DNA of 63,000 nt, the filler included, from Nemertoderma westbladi (Eukaryota; Animalia; Xenacoelomorpha), in NCBI GenBank assembly GCA_032718475.1. It is 3 parts of 3 records of this genome, joined end to end, with 100 filler letters (N's around TTAATTAATTAA, not from the genome) between each part and the next. Parts side by side here need not be neighbours in the genome. Positions count along the whole stretch, not along the records: positions 45,185 to 63,000 come from JAUCBJ010005863.1; 2 more parts are not named here. One strand, written 5' to 3'. The notes under the pieces were generated by a model, which was given only the letters and a program-made list of their open reading frames with translations, did no database searches and was not told the origin of the DNA. The stretch's first letter is position 1. Every line of letters starts with the position of its first letter. Of the stretch, positions 50,201-63,000 are shown in pieces. A program made the position numbers and the translations under genes.

Positions 50201-53200
50201 GGACAACCCCAGTTTCCCAGTCCTTGCAGTCTCTCATACGGACAACCCCAGTTTCCCAGTCCTGGCAGTCTCTCATACGGACAACCCCAGTCGCCCAGTC
50301 CTGGCAGTCTCTCATACGGATAACCCCAGTCTCCCTCAGTCCTTGCAGTCTCTCATACGGACAACCCCAGTCTCCCTCAGTTCTTGCAGTCTCTCATACG
50401 GACAACCCCAGTCGCCCAGTCCTGGCAGAGGCAGTCTCTCATACACACAAACTTACTTGACGATAATTCCCGTCATCGTCTACGCATCCGCACTCTTCCT
50501 CCGGGATGCATCCTCCGTTGCTACGTACGTACCCGTCGGCGCAACGACAGCCCTCCTCGCACTCACTGGGATCCCCCAACTCACCCTCGGCGTTTGGTTC
50601 CATACACGAGTTCTCTTCCGGAGGTAGACATGTGGTGAACACTTGGTTGGTGGGGCATTCTGGAGCTGCTCAGTATAAACATTAAAAATATTACGAGAAA
50701 GTTCTACACAGTACTGTATAGAGCAGTCACAAGCTATAATGCACTGTAAGCAATGGATATCATTCAGCTGACTATGAGCTTCTTGCACCTATTACTAGGG
50801 CTGGTGTGCGAAAAAATTATTGGGCTAGAAACAAATGAATGGGAGAATCTTTTAGGCTCGTTAAGCCAAGGAATGCCTGTTCACCACCATGGGTGATCTT
50901 CCACAGTAAACCCTTCCACTCTGTTTCCCAAGTTGCCTTGGTTCCCATTTATCGACCACTGAAGGATGAAAGCCGGGGTTGGGCTAGGCTGCAGCATTTA
51001 AAGCACTGTGCCCAAACAGTGCTGCCCCATCTAGGGATCGAACCCGGGCTCCCTAATCGGAAGCACAGTAATGTCACCACTAGACCAAGCTGCATACGGG
51101 GTAAGAAGGTGCCCTGAATCTAGTGGCGGGGTGTGATTTAGGTAAAAACACGAGGAAACGGTCGAAATGGCGGGTTTAAGTAAGCGCGGGAAGCTGATTT
51201 TGAAAATCGGCTGTGATTTGCTGCTACATATTTGACGTCATTACGCAGTGCTCTAATAATTTTTTTATCTTGGTTTCTATGGATAGAGATTTTCGATCGA
51301 TTCAAATACACATTAAATCTCAATCATTTCACACGTGGCTTATATCAATTGAAAGCGGAGCGTCTTGCCCGTCTTTTGACGCCACAATTAATTAAATTCA
51401 TAAAGGGGAAGATTGATAAAATGGTGGTTAGAATTACAAACTCGGTAGATTTACTGACGGTTGGGCAGCACTTCCTTGCCTACCATTAAAAGTTTAATGT
51501 TATTTTAAACTTAATATCTGTTAGCCTTCCCGTCAGACCATACTCAAACAGCTTGGAATGTAGTATTGCTGCTGGAAATACTGCGGGAAACATCATTATA
51601 TCACCATGAATTTAATTAATTGTAGTGTTAAAAGTCGCGCAAGACTCTCCGCTTTCAATTGATATAAGCCACGTGTAAAATGATTGAGATTTAATGTGTA
51701 TTTGAATCGATCGAAAATATCTATCCATAGAAACCAAGATAAAAAAAATATTAGAGCACTGCGTAATGACGTCAAATATGTAGCAGCCAATCACAGCCGA
51801 TTTTGACTTCCCGCGCTTACTTAAACCCGCCTTTTAGACCGTTTCCTCGTCGTTTTACAAAAAACACACCCCGCCATACTCGTTTCAGAGCGCGTTGTTA
51901 CGGCCCTTATTCGATTGTTTCTAGCCCAAACAAATTTTTCGCGCATCTACCCTATTATGTTCGGTGTGAAACTTACAGAAGTATGTAAACTAAATAAGTA
52001 TGTAATGTATGTATACAGTAGGTTAAATAAGTTTGTTCTGTATGTAGCTAAATTGTAGCATTTTTTTATGTTCTGTGTGTCTTAATCTCATGTATGTTTA
52101 TGGACAATACTTTATGACCGAAGTACAGTACTACTGCTAAATCAGTGGGAATCTTACACTACAGCCTTCTACAGAGATGTATGAAAGTTTGTGGCAGAGG
52201 ATAACTAGTAGAGGTAGGTTCCGTTGGCTATTTTACTTACGACACAGATCATTGCTCCTCCAGGTACAGACGTCAGCTCCCCCTTCATCACAAGCAGAAG
52301 CGTAGTTGGCAATGGCTGCGCACAACATGTCTTGGTTAAAGTCGTAAGTGCAGTAGTCAAGAACGCAATCTTCAAAGCTAGAAAATTAAAAACACAGTAA
52401 AAATATATTAGAAAACGATAATAAGCAGCTGTCCTGATTGTTTTTAACGGGGCACATTGTATTTTAACAGTTAATTTATTGTTAAAAATTGTTCAATACT
52501 TTCTGGAATAATTTAGTGATATTAACATACAATGTATATTCTGTAGTAAAGTGAGGAAATATGAAGTGAAATAAAGTAAACAAAATTAATTCAGATAAAT
52601 GGTTTCGACATTTCTTATTACATGAGGTGCTTAACAAATATGAGGTAAAGTAATACAAATATTACAGGGAAATAAACTTATAATAATTTTATTTTACCAG
52701 CAAAACAATTTAATTATTGATATTAACTAAAAAATCGAAGCTTAATATTTATTATTATTATTATAAAAATAATAATATATATATATATATAATAATAATT
52801 ATTATTATATATATTATTTTTATTATAATTATTATTCTTCAATCAATCATATTTATTATGCACAAAATGTATATACTAACAATGGATGGGGATCAATTAT
52901 GTCATGGCATTGCTGGAATTGTCCATTTTGGAGAATAATTATGTTGCAACTCTGTGCGGCAATCAACCTGTTTTCTTCAGAACATTCCATCTCTGGTTCC
53001 TCTATGATACAGCTGATGGAATAAAATCACGAGTAAGTGAATTATGTAGTAAAAATAAACATTATGTACAATGATCTCCTTCCCCACCCACTAACCCAAA
53101 CCGCCTAGCTTCCACTCACCTATCTCCTTCCCCACCCACTACCCAAACCGACCAGCTTCCACTCACTTATCTCCTTCCCCACCCACTACCCAAACCGCCC

Positions 53201-56200
53201 AGCTTCCACTCACCTATCTCCTTCCCCACCCACTACCCAAACCGCCTAGCTTCCACTCACATATCTCCTTCTCCACCCACTACCCAAACCGCCCAGCTTC
53301 CACTCACCTATCTCCTTCCCCACCCACTACCCAAACCGCCCAGCTTCCACTCACTTATCTCCTTCCCCACCCACTACCCAAACCGCCCAGCTTCCACTCA
53401 CCTATCTCCTTCCCTACCCACTACCCAAACCGCCCAGCTTCCACTCACCTATCTCCTTCCCGACCCGCTACCCAAACCGCCCAGCTTCCACTCACTTATA
53501 TCCTTCCCCACCCACTACCCAAACCGCCCAGCTTCCACTCACCTATCTCCTTCCCGACCCGCTACCCAAACCGCTCAGCTTCCACTCACTTATCTCCTTC
53601 CCCACCCACTACCCAAACCGCCCAGCTTCCACTCACCTATCTCCTTCACCACCCACTACCCAAACCGCCCAGCTTCCACTCACCTATCTCCTTCTCCACC
53701 CACTACCCAAACCGCCCAGCTTCCACTCACCTATCTCCTTCTCCACCCACTACCCAAACCGCCCAGCTTCCACTCACCTATCTCCTTCTCCACCCACTAC
53801 CCAAACCGCCTAGCTTCCACTCACATATCTCCTTCTCCACCCACTACCCAAACCGCCTAGCTTCCACTCACCTATCTCCTTCCCCACCCACTACCCAAAC
53901 CGCCCAGTTTCCACTCACCTATCTCCTTCTCCACCCACTACCCAAGGTGCCCAGTTTCCACTCACCTATCTCCTTCCTCACCCACTACCCAAACCGCCCA
54001 GCTTCCACTCACCTATCTCCTTCTCCACCAACTACCCAAACCGCCCAGCTTCCACTCACCTATCTCCTTCTCCACCCACTACCCAAACCGCCCAGCTTCC
54101 ACTCACCTATCTCCTTCCTCACCCACTACCCAAACCGCCCAGCTTCCACTCACCTATCTCCTTCCCCACCCACTACCCAAACCGCCCATCTTCCACTCAC
54201 CTATCTCCTTCCCCACCAACTACCCAAACCGCCCAGCTTCCACTCACCTATCTCCTTCTCCACCCACTACCCATACCGCCCAGCTTCCACTCACCTATCT
54301 CCTTCCTCACCCACTACCCAAACCGCCCAGCTTCCACTCACCTATCTCCTTCCCCACCCACTACCCAAACCGCCCATCTTCCACTCACCTATCTCCTTCC
54401 CCACCAACTACCCAAACCGCCCAGCTTCCACTCACCTATCTCCTTCTCCACCAACTACCCAAACCGCCCAGCTTCCACTCACCTATCTCCTTCTCCACCC
54501 ACTACCCAAGGTGCCCCAGCTTCCACTGGGACTCTCACACGTCTACGTCCTTGAACGAAATCGATACCATCCAGATCGTTATCGGGGTCCATATTGTTAT
54601 CACCACACATACCAGCGACCTGTTCAATTATTAATAATAACTTGTTTAAAATATGAAAAGACAAATTCAAAAGTTTAGTGCGATTTATTATACGGAATTA
54701 ATACATAATAAAATAAAATATGTGGAATGCAGCTTATATTTGAGAAGATTGCCCACCTGTCCTTGGTACTGATCCCCACAAAGGAACATTTGAGCGCAAC
54801 TTCGCCCGTCGTACTGCATATGAATTCCATCTGGTGTGGATATGGTAATTATATTTCTAGTACCCCGGGCACAGGAGGTGATCTGAATGGGGCCCACGCT
54901 GCATGGTATGGATCTGGGAACCCGATTAACCTAAAAACAAACAAACATTACATAATAAAGAACCGGTTAGAATAGAATGCATCGGTAATGGTGACAAATA
55001 TCGGGACTTGAAAAATATCGAGAGTAAAAATAAGAGTATTGAAAAATGAGGCAATTAAAAAATATCGAGAGTAAAAATATCGAGAGTAAAAATAAGAGTA
55101 TTGAAAAATGAGGCAATTAAAAAATATCGAGAGTAAAAAAACGCGTGTTGAAAAATATCGAAATTATCGAGAGTAAAAATATCGAGAGTAAAAATCTCGA
55201 GTGTTGAAAAATATCGAGAGTAAAAATATCGAATGTTGAAAAATATCAAGAGTAAAGATATCGAGAGTAAAAATATACCTCAACGCCTACTTGGAAACTA
55301 ACATAGACCTGGTAATACTACCTGATACCTTGTATGTACGCAATTTACCTCCTCATGGCTTCCCATATGTCAATAAGGTGTTCGGACACTTCCCCCCCGG
55401 ACACTTCCCCCCCGGACAGTTCCCCCCCGCTCAAGTAGGACACTTCCCCCCCGGACACTTCCCCCCCAGACACTTCCCCCCCGCGGACACTTCCCCCCCG
55501 ACTGTTCTTAACTTCGCACATTCGTATTTTTCATTTTGTAAGGTAAACGGACCGCTTGTATCCAGATAAGTTGTATTCAATTTTCCTTTCGTAGCTCAGA
55601 AAGTGATCTTTTGCATCCCGATTTTACATTTTATATCCAAGTTTTATTTATGGGTTTTATCAATGCAATTACATCGTATTGTTTGCTAATCTTTAAACAA
55701 TTAATTATATTCGATGACGTATAAATTCCATCCCCGGAATGATATACTGTTTTTATTTACTATAGAATTATAATAATTAATTGTTTTAATTATAGGTATT
55801 ATTATGTAATAGTCTTCTTCAAATTGTAGCAGATGGGGATGAATATTATTGTTGCAATCAAAATTATACCTCTCCAGGGTAAAATCGACATGCGTCGACC
55901 TGTATTCTGTGTTCAGCATTACATATTGATATATATATTACTACTATACATACTATATAGATATTATACACACTACATATTAAATTTCCTGGTTACTTGC
56001 AATATTTTTAATAGGATTTTGTTGAATTATATAATATTGTAGTAATTTATATATTAAATTGGTTAACATTCAATACAGCTCCTACTTTAGGCTTAGTCAA
56101 TTTATTATCTGATGATACAAACATGAATTAATTATTTCAAAGTGGTCTTAAGTCTTTCACCACGGGCACTCAGGGAAATGCCGGGGTCTGGGGGCGATAA

Positions 56201-59200
56201 CCCCCAAGAAAAGAACGGGGGTTTGGGGGCGGCAGCCCCCAAGAAAAGAAGCGGGGGTTTGGGGGCGGTAGCCCCCAACAAAAGAAGCGGGGGTTTGGGG
56301 GCGGCAGCCCCCAATTAAAAGAAATTAAAAGAATTAAAGGAATTAAAAGAAAAACAAACAAAATTTGACTATAAAAATGTTTCTTTTATAATTTTGAAAA
56401 ACTTGTCTAGATACAACTTGTCCTGTAACCATCTTTAACTTTTGTTTATTGCTTTGAGGCACCCAGATTAATTTTAACACTTTAACTGGGGGGGAAGTGT
56501 CCGGGGGGCATGTGTCCGGGGGGGAAGTGTCCGGGGGGGAAGTGTCCTACTTGGGCGGGGGGGAAGTGTCCGGGGGGGAAGTGTCCGGGGGGGAAGTGTC
56601 CTAGATCCGTCAATAATAATCATCTGAAGCCAATGTGCTCAATCCTACTCTATACTTGGTCGTCCTTCTTGGTCTTACCGTAATAAAATAATATCAATAT
56701 GAAACCACTCATTCACCCAAAACACTAATCTTCACTAATCACCAAATAGTAATAATGAAATATCTATCAGATACCTACTGACTTGTTAATCACAACTTAC
56801 ATAAACGACGCCTCCTCTACCGATGGTTACGAGATGTCCGTACATGTGGAAGTAGACTCTCTTGACGAAGGAAACGGAAGTCTTTCCATTTCGGTACTCA
56901 TTTTCTACGTTAACAGCGAAACCTGGGATGTCTAAGGTGGAGTTGTGTGACCAGTCGTAGGTGCACGCGCCCTGGAAGTCAAAATGCAGACCGTCCAAAG
57001 TCTGGTAATGTGGATCCCCACAGGCCTTGCAACTCTGGCAACCTGGAATATATAATTGGGTAGTTTTTTTTAAGTAAAAGGGTTGGGTAGTGAGAGTTAT
57101 GGCGCCATATTATTATATATATAGTAGTATTATTGTAATTAAGGATAAACGCTGGATAAGTATGACAAGCGCTCCCTCAACAAATTGCAAAAAATATCGA
57201 ACCAGGAAAAAATTAATCCAAATGATTTCTATCCAAGAGACACCAAAGTTTACTCTTAGAAACAGCTAAAACGATACGCAATATTTTGCAGGTATACTCT
57301 ATGTTACATAAGGGGAACCTTCAGATTTCCCCTGGTGATTTGAATTACACTTCTGCAGTAGTTTGAAACAAAAGGTTTTCCGCAAAAGATATTGTTTTGT
57401 ACTTTTTATATAGCAATGGAATCTCGTCTGTAAAGTTAGACTTACCTCGGGTGTCGATACAGCATGGCTGAACGGGTCGGTTTCGTCTGCGACATGTGTA
57501 CCCGTCGCCTTGGTAACCGTCCTTACAGTAACACCGACGGATTCCTCGCTTCACGAGACATTCTGCGTTATCGTCGCATTGCGGTTTCGTTCGGCAATGT
57601 ATATCGTCTCGACTTCGACAGGTACAGACTTCGTTACAATCCTCCGACACCCATTTATCTCCAAGCTAAAAACAAACACGACAGGTTTGTTTGTCATGAT
57701 ACATAATAATAAAGAAGATTTGAGCCTCACGGCTTTTAAGAGGTTCTATAACTATATTGAAATATTGTATAGTTATATTCCCAATTCTCAGCGTGATTGA
57801 TACCGGTTAAGAGCGGCACTCCAAAAAATATCTATCGTTGGTATGGTTAACTTCAATCTACTGACCTATTATTATAGACAGGGACAATTTAAAGGTCGTT
57901 ATATTTGGGCAAATTAGTCTTATTGTGGGTTTTTACCACAAACACAATGTTGATAATCTTTCAGCATGTTAATCGGATATAACCATAATGGTCCCTAAGT
58001 AACTAATGAACACACAAGGAATAATTTTGTTCTAGAACAACATGTAGCAGTTGTTCTCTTTTAGAAACATTTCGAGTGAACAAAGAACAATCAAGGACTT
58101 CTAGAACATGGTATTTATTCGAATAATTACTCCCCCGAATAAGTTGTAGAAGGCACAATTGGCACAATTAAACAAATCTAACTTTCTAATAAGTTGTAAC
58201 TAGTCACCATGGCAACGTCACAAAATTCGGACATTACGGAAAATTTATTTTCAATGCTTTATCAATATCTATCAAGACAGACCAAAATTATGAGTTATTA
58301 TGAATTATGAATTATGAAATTATGAATTATTATAATAACAAATATTCCGATGAGATATTAAATAGATTATAGTTGTGTCAAATTTAAATGAACACCTGGT
58401 TTAATGTTTTGGTTTTACCTTTCTGTACTCATTATCTCCATCGCAGCAACCGCAGTTTTCCGGCCTCACGCACTCGTCGCCGCTCAACACGTAACCATCG
58501 TTGCAAACGCAGCCAGATGTGGGCGGCGAGTCGCAATCAGCTGGGGCGTTGGGGTCGAGGCAGGTGGCGGGACAGGAGGACGCCGATACCTCGTAGTGGG
58601 TATTAGCAGGACAGTCCATCGCTGTGGGGGTAATATAAAGGATAATATGTACCAGAATAATTCAATCAAATGTTGATTGTGGTTTTAAAGGCAACGAGGC
58701 TGCAGTGTTATTATATGAACAAACATGAAACGGAAAATTGTGGTCTTGACACTTGTTTATTGTTTTATTAGAATAACCTGGCCCCTTAACCTGCTCTTTT
58801 CCCTTAAAGTTTATAATTTATCTCGTCTGTGAGTGTTGGCTGTCGCTTATCTGTTGTTGGCTTTTAGCGTTATATTTACACCCGTTGAAAAGTAATTTTA
58901 CTGTGTTGTTTACTCAAATAATTGTACTACTCCAAAACATAATTTTCTATCTTTAACATAAAGATAATATCTGAGCAACTTACGACAGAAGGTGGGGGAT
59001 CTCCAGTCTATAGCCATATCGATACCGGCATCTTTCAACGCATCGTCACATTCTTCAACGTATCCCGCCACAGAGCTGCAGAACACACTGCAGCTGCCCT
59101 GTAAAATTATGTGAATAAAAAGTAATTTATACCGCACCGTGTAGGCATGGATGTACGAGTACAAAAAGATTTGAAGGAAGCAAGTATGGAATGATTCTGA

Positions 59201-62200
59201 ACTACGGTCAGCTTACTTGATGATCCATCTTAAAGAAAACTTAAAGAAAACTGTACGCTGTAAAAATCCATCCCTCTCCATGACGCTAAATAATAGTTGA
59301 TTACTCTCAAAAATAAAACTGTAACCTGTTCTATATTGTGTTTAGTTTATTGTTTTGGTTAAAATAACGTGCCTCTGTAACCTGCACCTTTCCCTAAATT
59401 GAGAATTTAACATTGAGGCGGGATATTAATTCACCAAGGCGGGTTTTGCGTCCAGTCCCCCCCCCCCTCCACCCCTGTCTCAAACATGAATAATTGTCCG
59501 TCGTGTTCGTCGCAAGCTCCCACACTAACATCATAGGCACAGACGTCGAATACACAGTCATCGTAAGCGGTGTTCTGGTTGAGGTGAGGATGACAGACTG
59601 CGAAGGGACCGTCAGACCGTCGGATAATATCGCACCAGTTGGATGCGGTCGCCATGACCTCGGGAGTACAACCGTCATTACCTGGCGGGTCGGGACCGCA
59701 ACTAGAAGAGAAAACGTAATTGACGATAGAGAATTCGCAGAAAGGTACTCATTATAGTATTTCTTAGAATATGCATGTACCGGTACAGAAGATAAATATA
59801 TGATAAATAAATATAGGCGTAGGCCAGGCCTAGGCCTACTGCATAGATAGTTAGGATAAAAAAGTCTGGCAATTTGATTAAACGATTTTATTATATAGAG
59901 CTTGAATCATATTAAAATAATTGTTTTAATTTAGGGTAGGTGTAAAACGCGGATCCGCATCCGGATCCGGATTCCAAAATTATTATTTAAGGGAAAGGAG
60001 CAGGTTACAACAGTGGCACGTTATTTTAACCAAAACAATAAACTAAAGTCAATAGAACAGGTTATAGTTTTATTTTTGGGAGTTATAAAAATGTAAAAAA
60101 AAATAGACTTCCGTAGGGACAATGTTAAATGTAGAACCGGGATCCGGATCCGCGTTTTACTCCGACCCTTTAATTTATAAGAGATATTAAGTATTATTAA
60201 TATATAATAAATAGACGTTTCAATCTCATTTAGTTGGTTTCAAAAGAGTTTCGATTATATATTTATATAATATCTCTGTGATATTAACAATTCATTTAAT
60301 TTAACTTACTTTTCCTCCACATTCCAGCAGTTACCCAAATCCACTGGGTTATCGTGATCAACACCGTCACAGACACCGTCATTGTCGTCATCACCATCGC
60401 AATCTCCGCACAATCCTTCGACCTACCGGGAAATTATTTAAAACAAAATCAATAAACATCTTAATAAATATAGGGCGTAGTAATATTGTACGAAAATCTC
60501 ACGCCGATAAACATTACTTATGAATCTACATAACTTATGTAGATTCATTATTTTTGTTATATTATGACGAGACAACAATAAATGTATGGTAAATGGTTGC
60601 ACATAAAATTACAATTAACTTGCACTGTAGTTGATTTTGTAAACCAGAACGGGATTTAATTAATATTAGATAAGTTACAGGTACGCTATTTTGCTTCGCC
60701 TAGGCCTCATATTTCTCATTTCATATGTGCACGACTGCGCAGTAAGAATTCCAAGCGTCCAGTTATTCCATGGCAGCCTCATGGAGTGAATAAGCATGGT
60801 GGACAGCCCATGACTTTCTTGAGACGCATCTTAAAGGACACTGGCCTTGAAGATACGGATGATCTAGCAAATGTCTTGGGTGATAGGGAGTTGTGGCGGT
60901 GCAATTTTGTCGATAAGCCGGCACAGCATTATTAAAAATGCAGCTGCAATGCAGCATGCCGATCCTAGTAGTTATTCCTAGTGTCCAGTTGAGCATTCCA
61001 GATGTTCAGCGTCCATCATAAGTAACGACGTTCTCTCCACAATAATGATGTAGGCCACTAAATAATTTCCACGCTTGCACATTTATTAAAATCTGCACAG
61101 CGATTAATTGTTCAACTTTGGGTTTTCTTTGATGTTAGATTTTGAGGGATGCTCTTTCCAAGTATAATCCTCATTGGTTCTCTTTCTTTACTGATATAGC
61201 TTTTCTTTTATGTAGATGCTGACGTATAATGCAGAAGGTGTGGCGGTCCCACTTACAAACTACACGTAGCTACGTAAGCGAATATACTGACTCGGGCTGA
61301 TCTCGGGATGAGTCACTAAATATACATACTTCTTACCGGTACCCAGACAGATGCTCGATTAATTATATTTTATGATTACGAGATATAGCAGTACGACAGG
61401 AATTTGCATACTGTTTGTTACAGAGGTGGTTTTTCGGAGACAAACGAGATTATGGGTAGAATTTTCCTATATTCCAGAAAAAGTAGCATTTGATATTAAA
61501 TACAAGTCACAAATTCATATCATAAAACTAGGAAAGTCAGCAAGGTGGTTGGCTGTATAACGCAACTGCCTAAACTTTAATTAGAAAAAGACCTCATCCT
61601 TATCCGGGGTCGAACCCAGTACTTAAGTCTGGAGATTTAATGAGTTAGTCAAAGATCTACCAGAGTTATCATCAACAACTAGAACAAGAATTACATGCTT
61701 TAAGGGGGCCTTCTTTCCTACAAGAGCCACCTCTACCTCTATAAAGAGGCAGTTTCTTTATAATCTCATTGAGTTATGTCTACAATACCATCTTCTTTTA
61801 TAAGAACACTGTGAACTAACCTTAGGCCTACTGTAAGTCTATAATAGGAGAACTAACCTTGTTTCTAAACTGTCTCGGTATATAGACGTAGGCCTTTGAT
61901 CGTCCATCGTATGTGACCCATAGACCGTAATCAGTTTGAACTATGAACTTTCTCTTGCAGTATTCAATGGTAATCCCTTCACATGTCCATGGTGTTGTTA
62001 TTTGTACTCCATCAACCTGCACAGGAAATACCGTGTTATTGCAAAGATGAAACTGCATTTTAGCAGTACCGTTTCATTTCTAATTAAACGTTCTTTGTTG
62101 GGCATAAACCATAATGTTACAATTTACAAACAACAGGAGTCGGTCTAAAATGTACATATGTTATATTTCGCAAAATCAACTCACAGTAATGTGACCACCG

Positions 62201-62911
62201 TAGGATATCTGTATCAGCAGTCCGTCAAGATTGATGTCTACCCTGTCAACCATGGAGACATGTGTCCTACCGTTACGGTGGGCGTTTTTGACATTGACAC
62301 TGAAGTTTGGAATACTGTCCACGATGTTCTTTGTCCATTGGTAAGTGCAGATTCCTTGGAAGTTAAACTTCTTTCCGTCGAAATTTTTATAATGTGGGTC
62401 ACCGGTTCCAGAGCACCGACAATGAGCTGGAAACATATATTATTATGCAAATAAAGCGATAGGAAATTGGAACTAATATTTTATATATGAATAAAAATTT
62501 GTGGAAATATGGCATGGAAACTGAGAGTTAACAACCTCTGTGTTACTAACATTACACAAGGATAAGGCTACATTTAATAATAACAACTGTGGCATTTAAC
62601 CTATGTTTAAAGTTTTCGAGATCAGCAAAGCGAGGATGTTACGAATGTTACTAAATCTCATTCAGAGTTTAATAACTTCAATCTTTCCTACTTTTTGAAC
62701 GAGGGATGTCACGATGTTCTGTAGTAGTAGACTTACATTTTGGTGGTTTGCCACACTTCGTCTTTGTTGGTCTCTTCGGGCAGCAGAATTTCACTTCGTA
62801 GTCGACGCATTTCGTACGACGCGGTGTCTGCTGACCGTCGCGACATAAGAATCCGTGCGTAGTATCGTAGTACATGAGAACCTGGCCTGACTGGTCTGCG
62901 GGAATGTGGCC
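47268..62911 (-). CDS. FCGBP/zonadhesin/mucin-like secreted protein (WxxW, VWD-C8-TIL-TILa/EGF x2), multi-exon, 5'-partial
   Basis: Phase-consistent GT-AG exons: 62737-62911, 62185-62426, 61858-62016, 60310-60422, 59530-59701, 58984-59098, 58419-58621, 57446-57665, 56801-57042, 54757-54930, 54483-54619, 52881-53012, 52241-52377, 50457-50665, 47268-47448. Two GDPHY motifs, GLCG/GMCG, DCVFDVC and TIL Cys patterns. Confidence 0.88.
47996..50442. repeat. 39-bp intronic minisatellite, ~62 copies
   Basis: Unit tcatacggacaaccccagtttcccagtccttgcagtctc. Confidence 0.97.
50796..51954. mobile_element. Foldback MITE interrupted by a SINE
   Basis: TIR taggg..gcgaaaaa..tgggctagaaacaa; ~51125-51395 is inverted relative to ~51610-51875. 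Confidence 0.7.
50845..51093 (-). mobile_element. tRNA-derived SINE (Meta-domain-like core)
   Basis: TGGTCTAGTGG and GGTTCGATCCC boxes followed by ctttcatccttcagtggtcgataaatg. Confidence 0.7.
53075..54527. repeat. 47-bp minisatellite (~31 copies) overlapping an exon 3' end
   Basis: Unit cccagcttccactcacctatctccttccccacccactacccaaaccg. Confidence 0.95.
54984..55288. repeat. aaaaatatcgagagt tandem array, probably MITE-derived
   Basis: Repeated 15-bp-like unit; no TSD found. Confidence 0.6.
55377..56608. mobile_element. Mutator-like MITE with tandem-repeat TIRs
   Basis: GG...CC ends, inverted (ggacacttccccccc)n arms, TSD GTCAATAA (55369-55376, 56609-56616). Confidence 0.85.
59934..60168. mobile_element. 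Mutator-like MITE
   Basis: TIR gggtaggtgtaaaacgcggatcc / ggatccgcgttttactccgaccc; 9-bp TSD TTTAATTTA. Confidence 0.85.
60770..60965 (+). mobile_element. 5'-truncated copy of the same RTE LINE
   Basis: Near-identical to the reverse complement of 39240-39435. Confidence 0.85.
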
Positions 62912-63000
62912 CTAAAGATGGATAGGAAACAAAATTTGAATGGAAATGAAGTGGTAGACGGTAGCCATGGGGGTGTGTGTTGGTTAGTGGGTGCTGGAAC

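Noticed and set aside
47987-50627. 823-aa and 658-aa ORFs
   Set aside because: Stop-free 39-bp repeat, antisense within an intron, with frame switches at indels.
53947-54678. 243-aa Pro-rich ORF
   Set aside because: Antisense translation of the 47-bp repeat.

Overview
Intron-rich, repeat-dense animal (invertebrate-like) DNA. It consists of three segments joined by identical artificial 100-bp linkers (N44-TTAATTAATTAA-N44 at 20032-20131 and 45085-45184). Host genes are the 3' exons of a PDZRN3/4-family gene, a TXNDC5-like PDI, an SDR oxidoreductase, a lone FN2 exon and a 15-exon FCGBP/zonadhesin-like VWD-C8-TIL gene. The main finding is an apparently intact 6.1-kb IS3EU-type DNA transposon (21802-27950; TAC...GTA ends, 6-bp TSD AATACC). 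It has subterminal arrays of a 22-bp palindromic unit and encodes a DDE transposase plus a convergent HECT-type ubiquitin ligase that keeps its catalytic Cys. Also notable are a Polinton-like foldback element (AGTAGT terminus, ~2-kb TIRs) inserted in an RTE LINE, a hAT-type element carrying BEL/Pao gag DNA, and a minisatellite built from an amplified 5' splice site. All family assignments come from motif recognition by eye; no searches were run.
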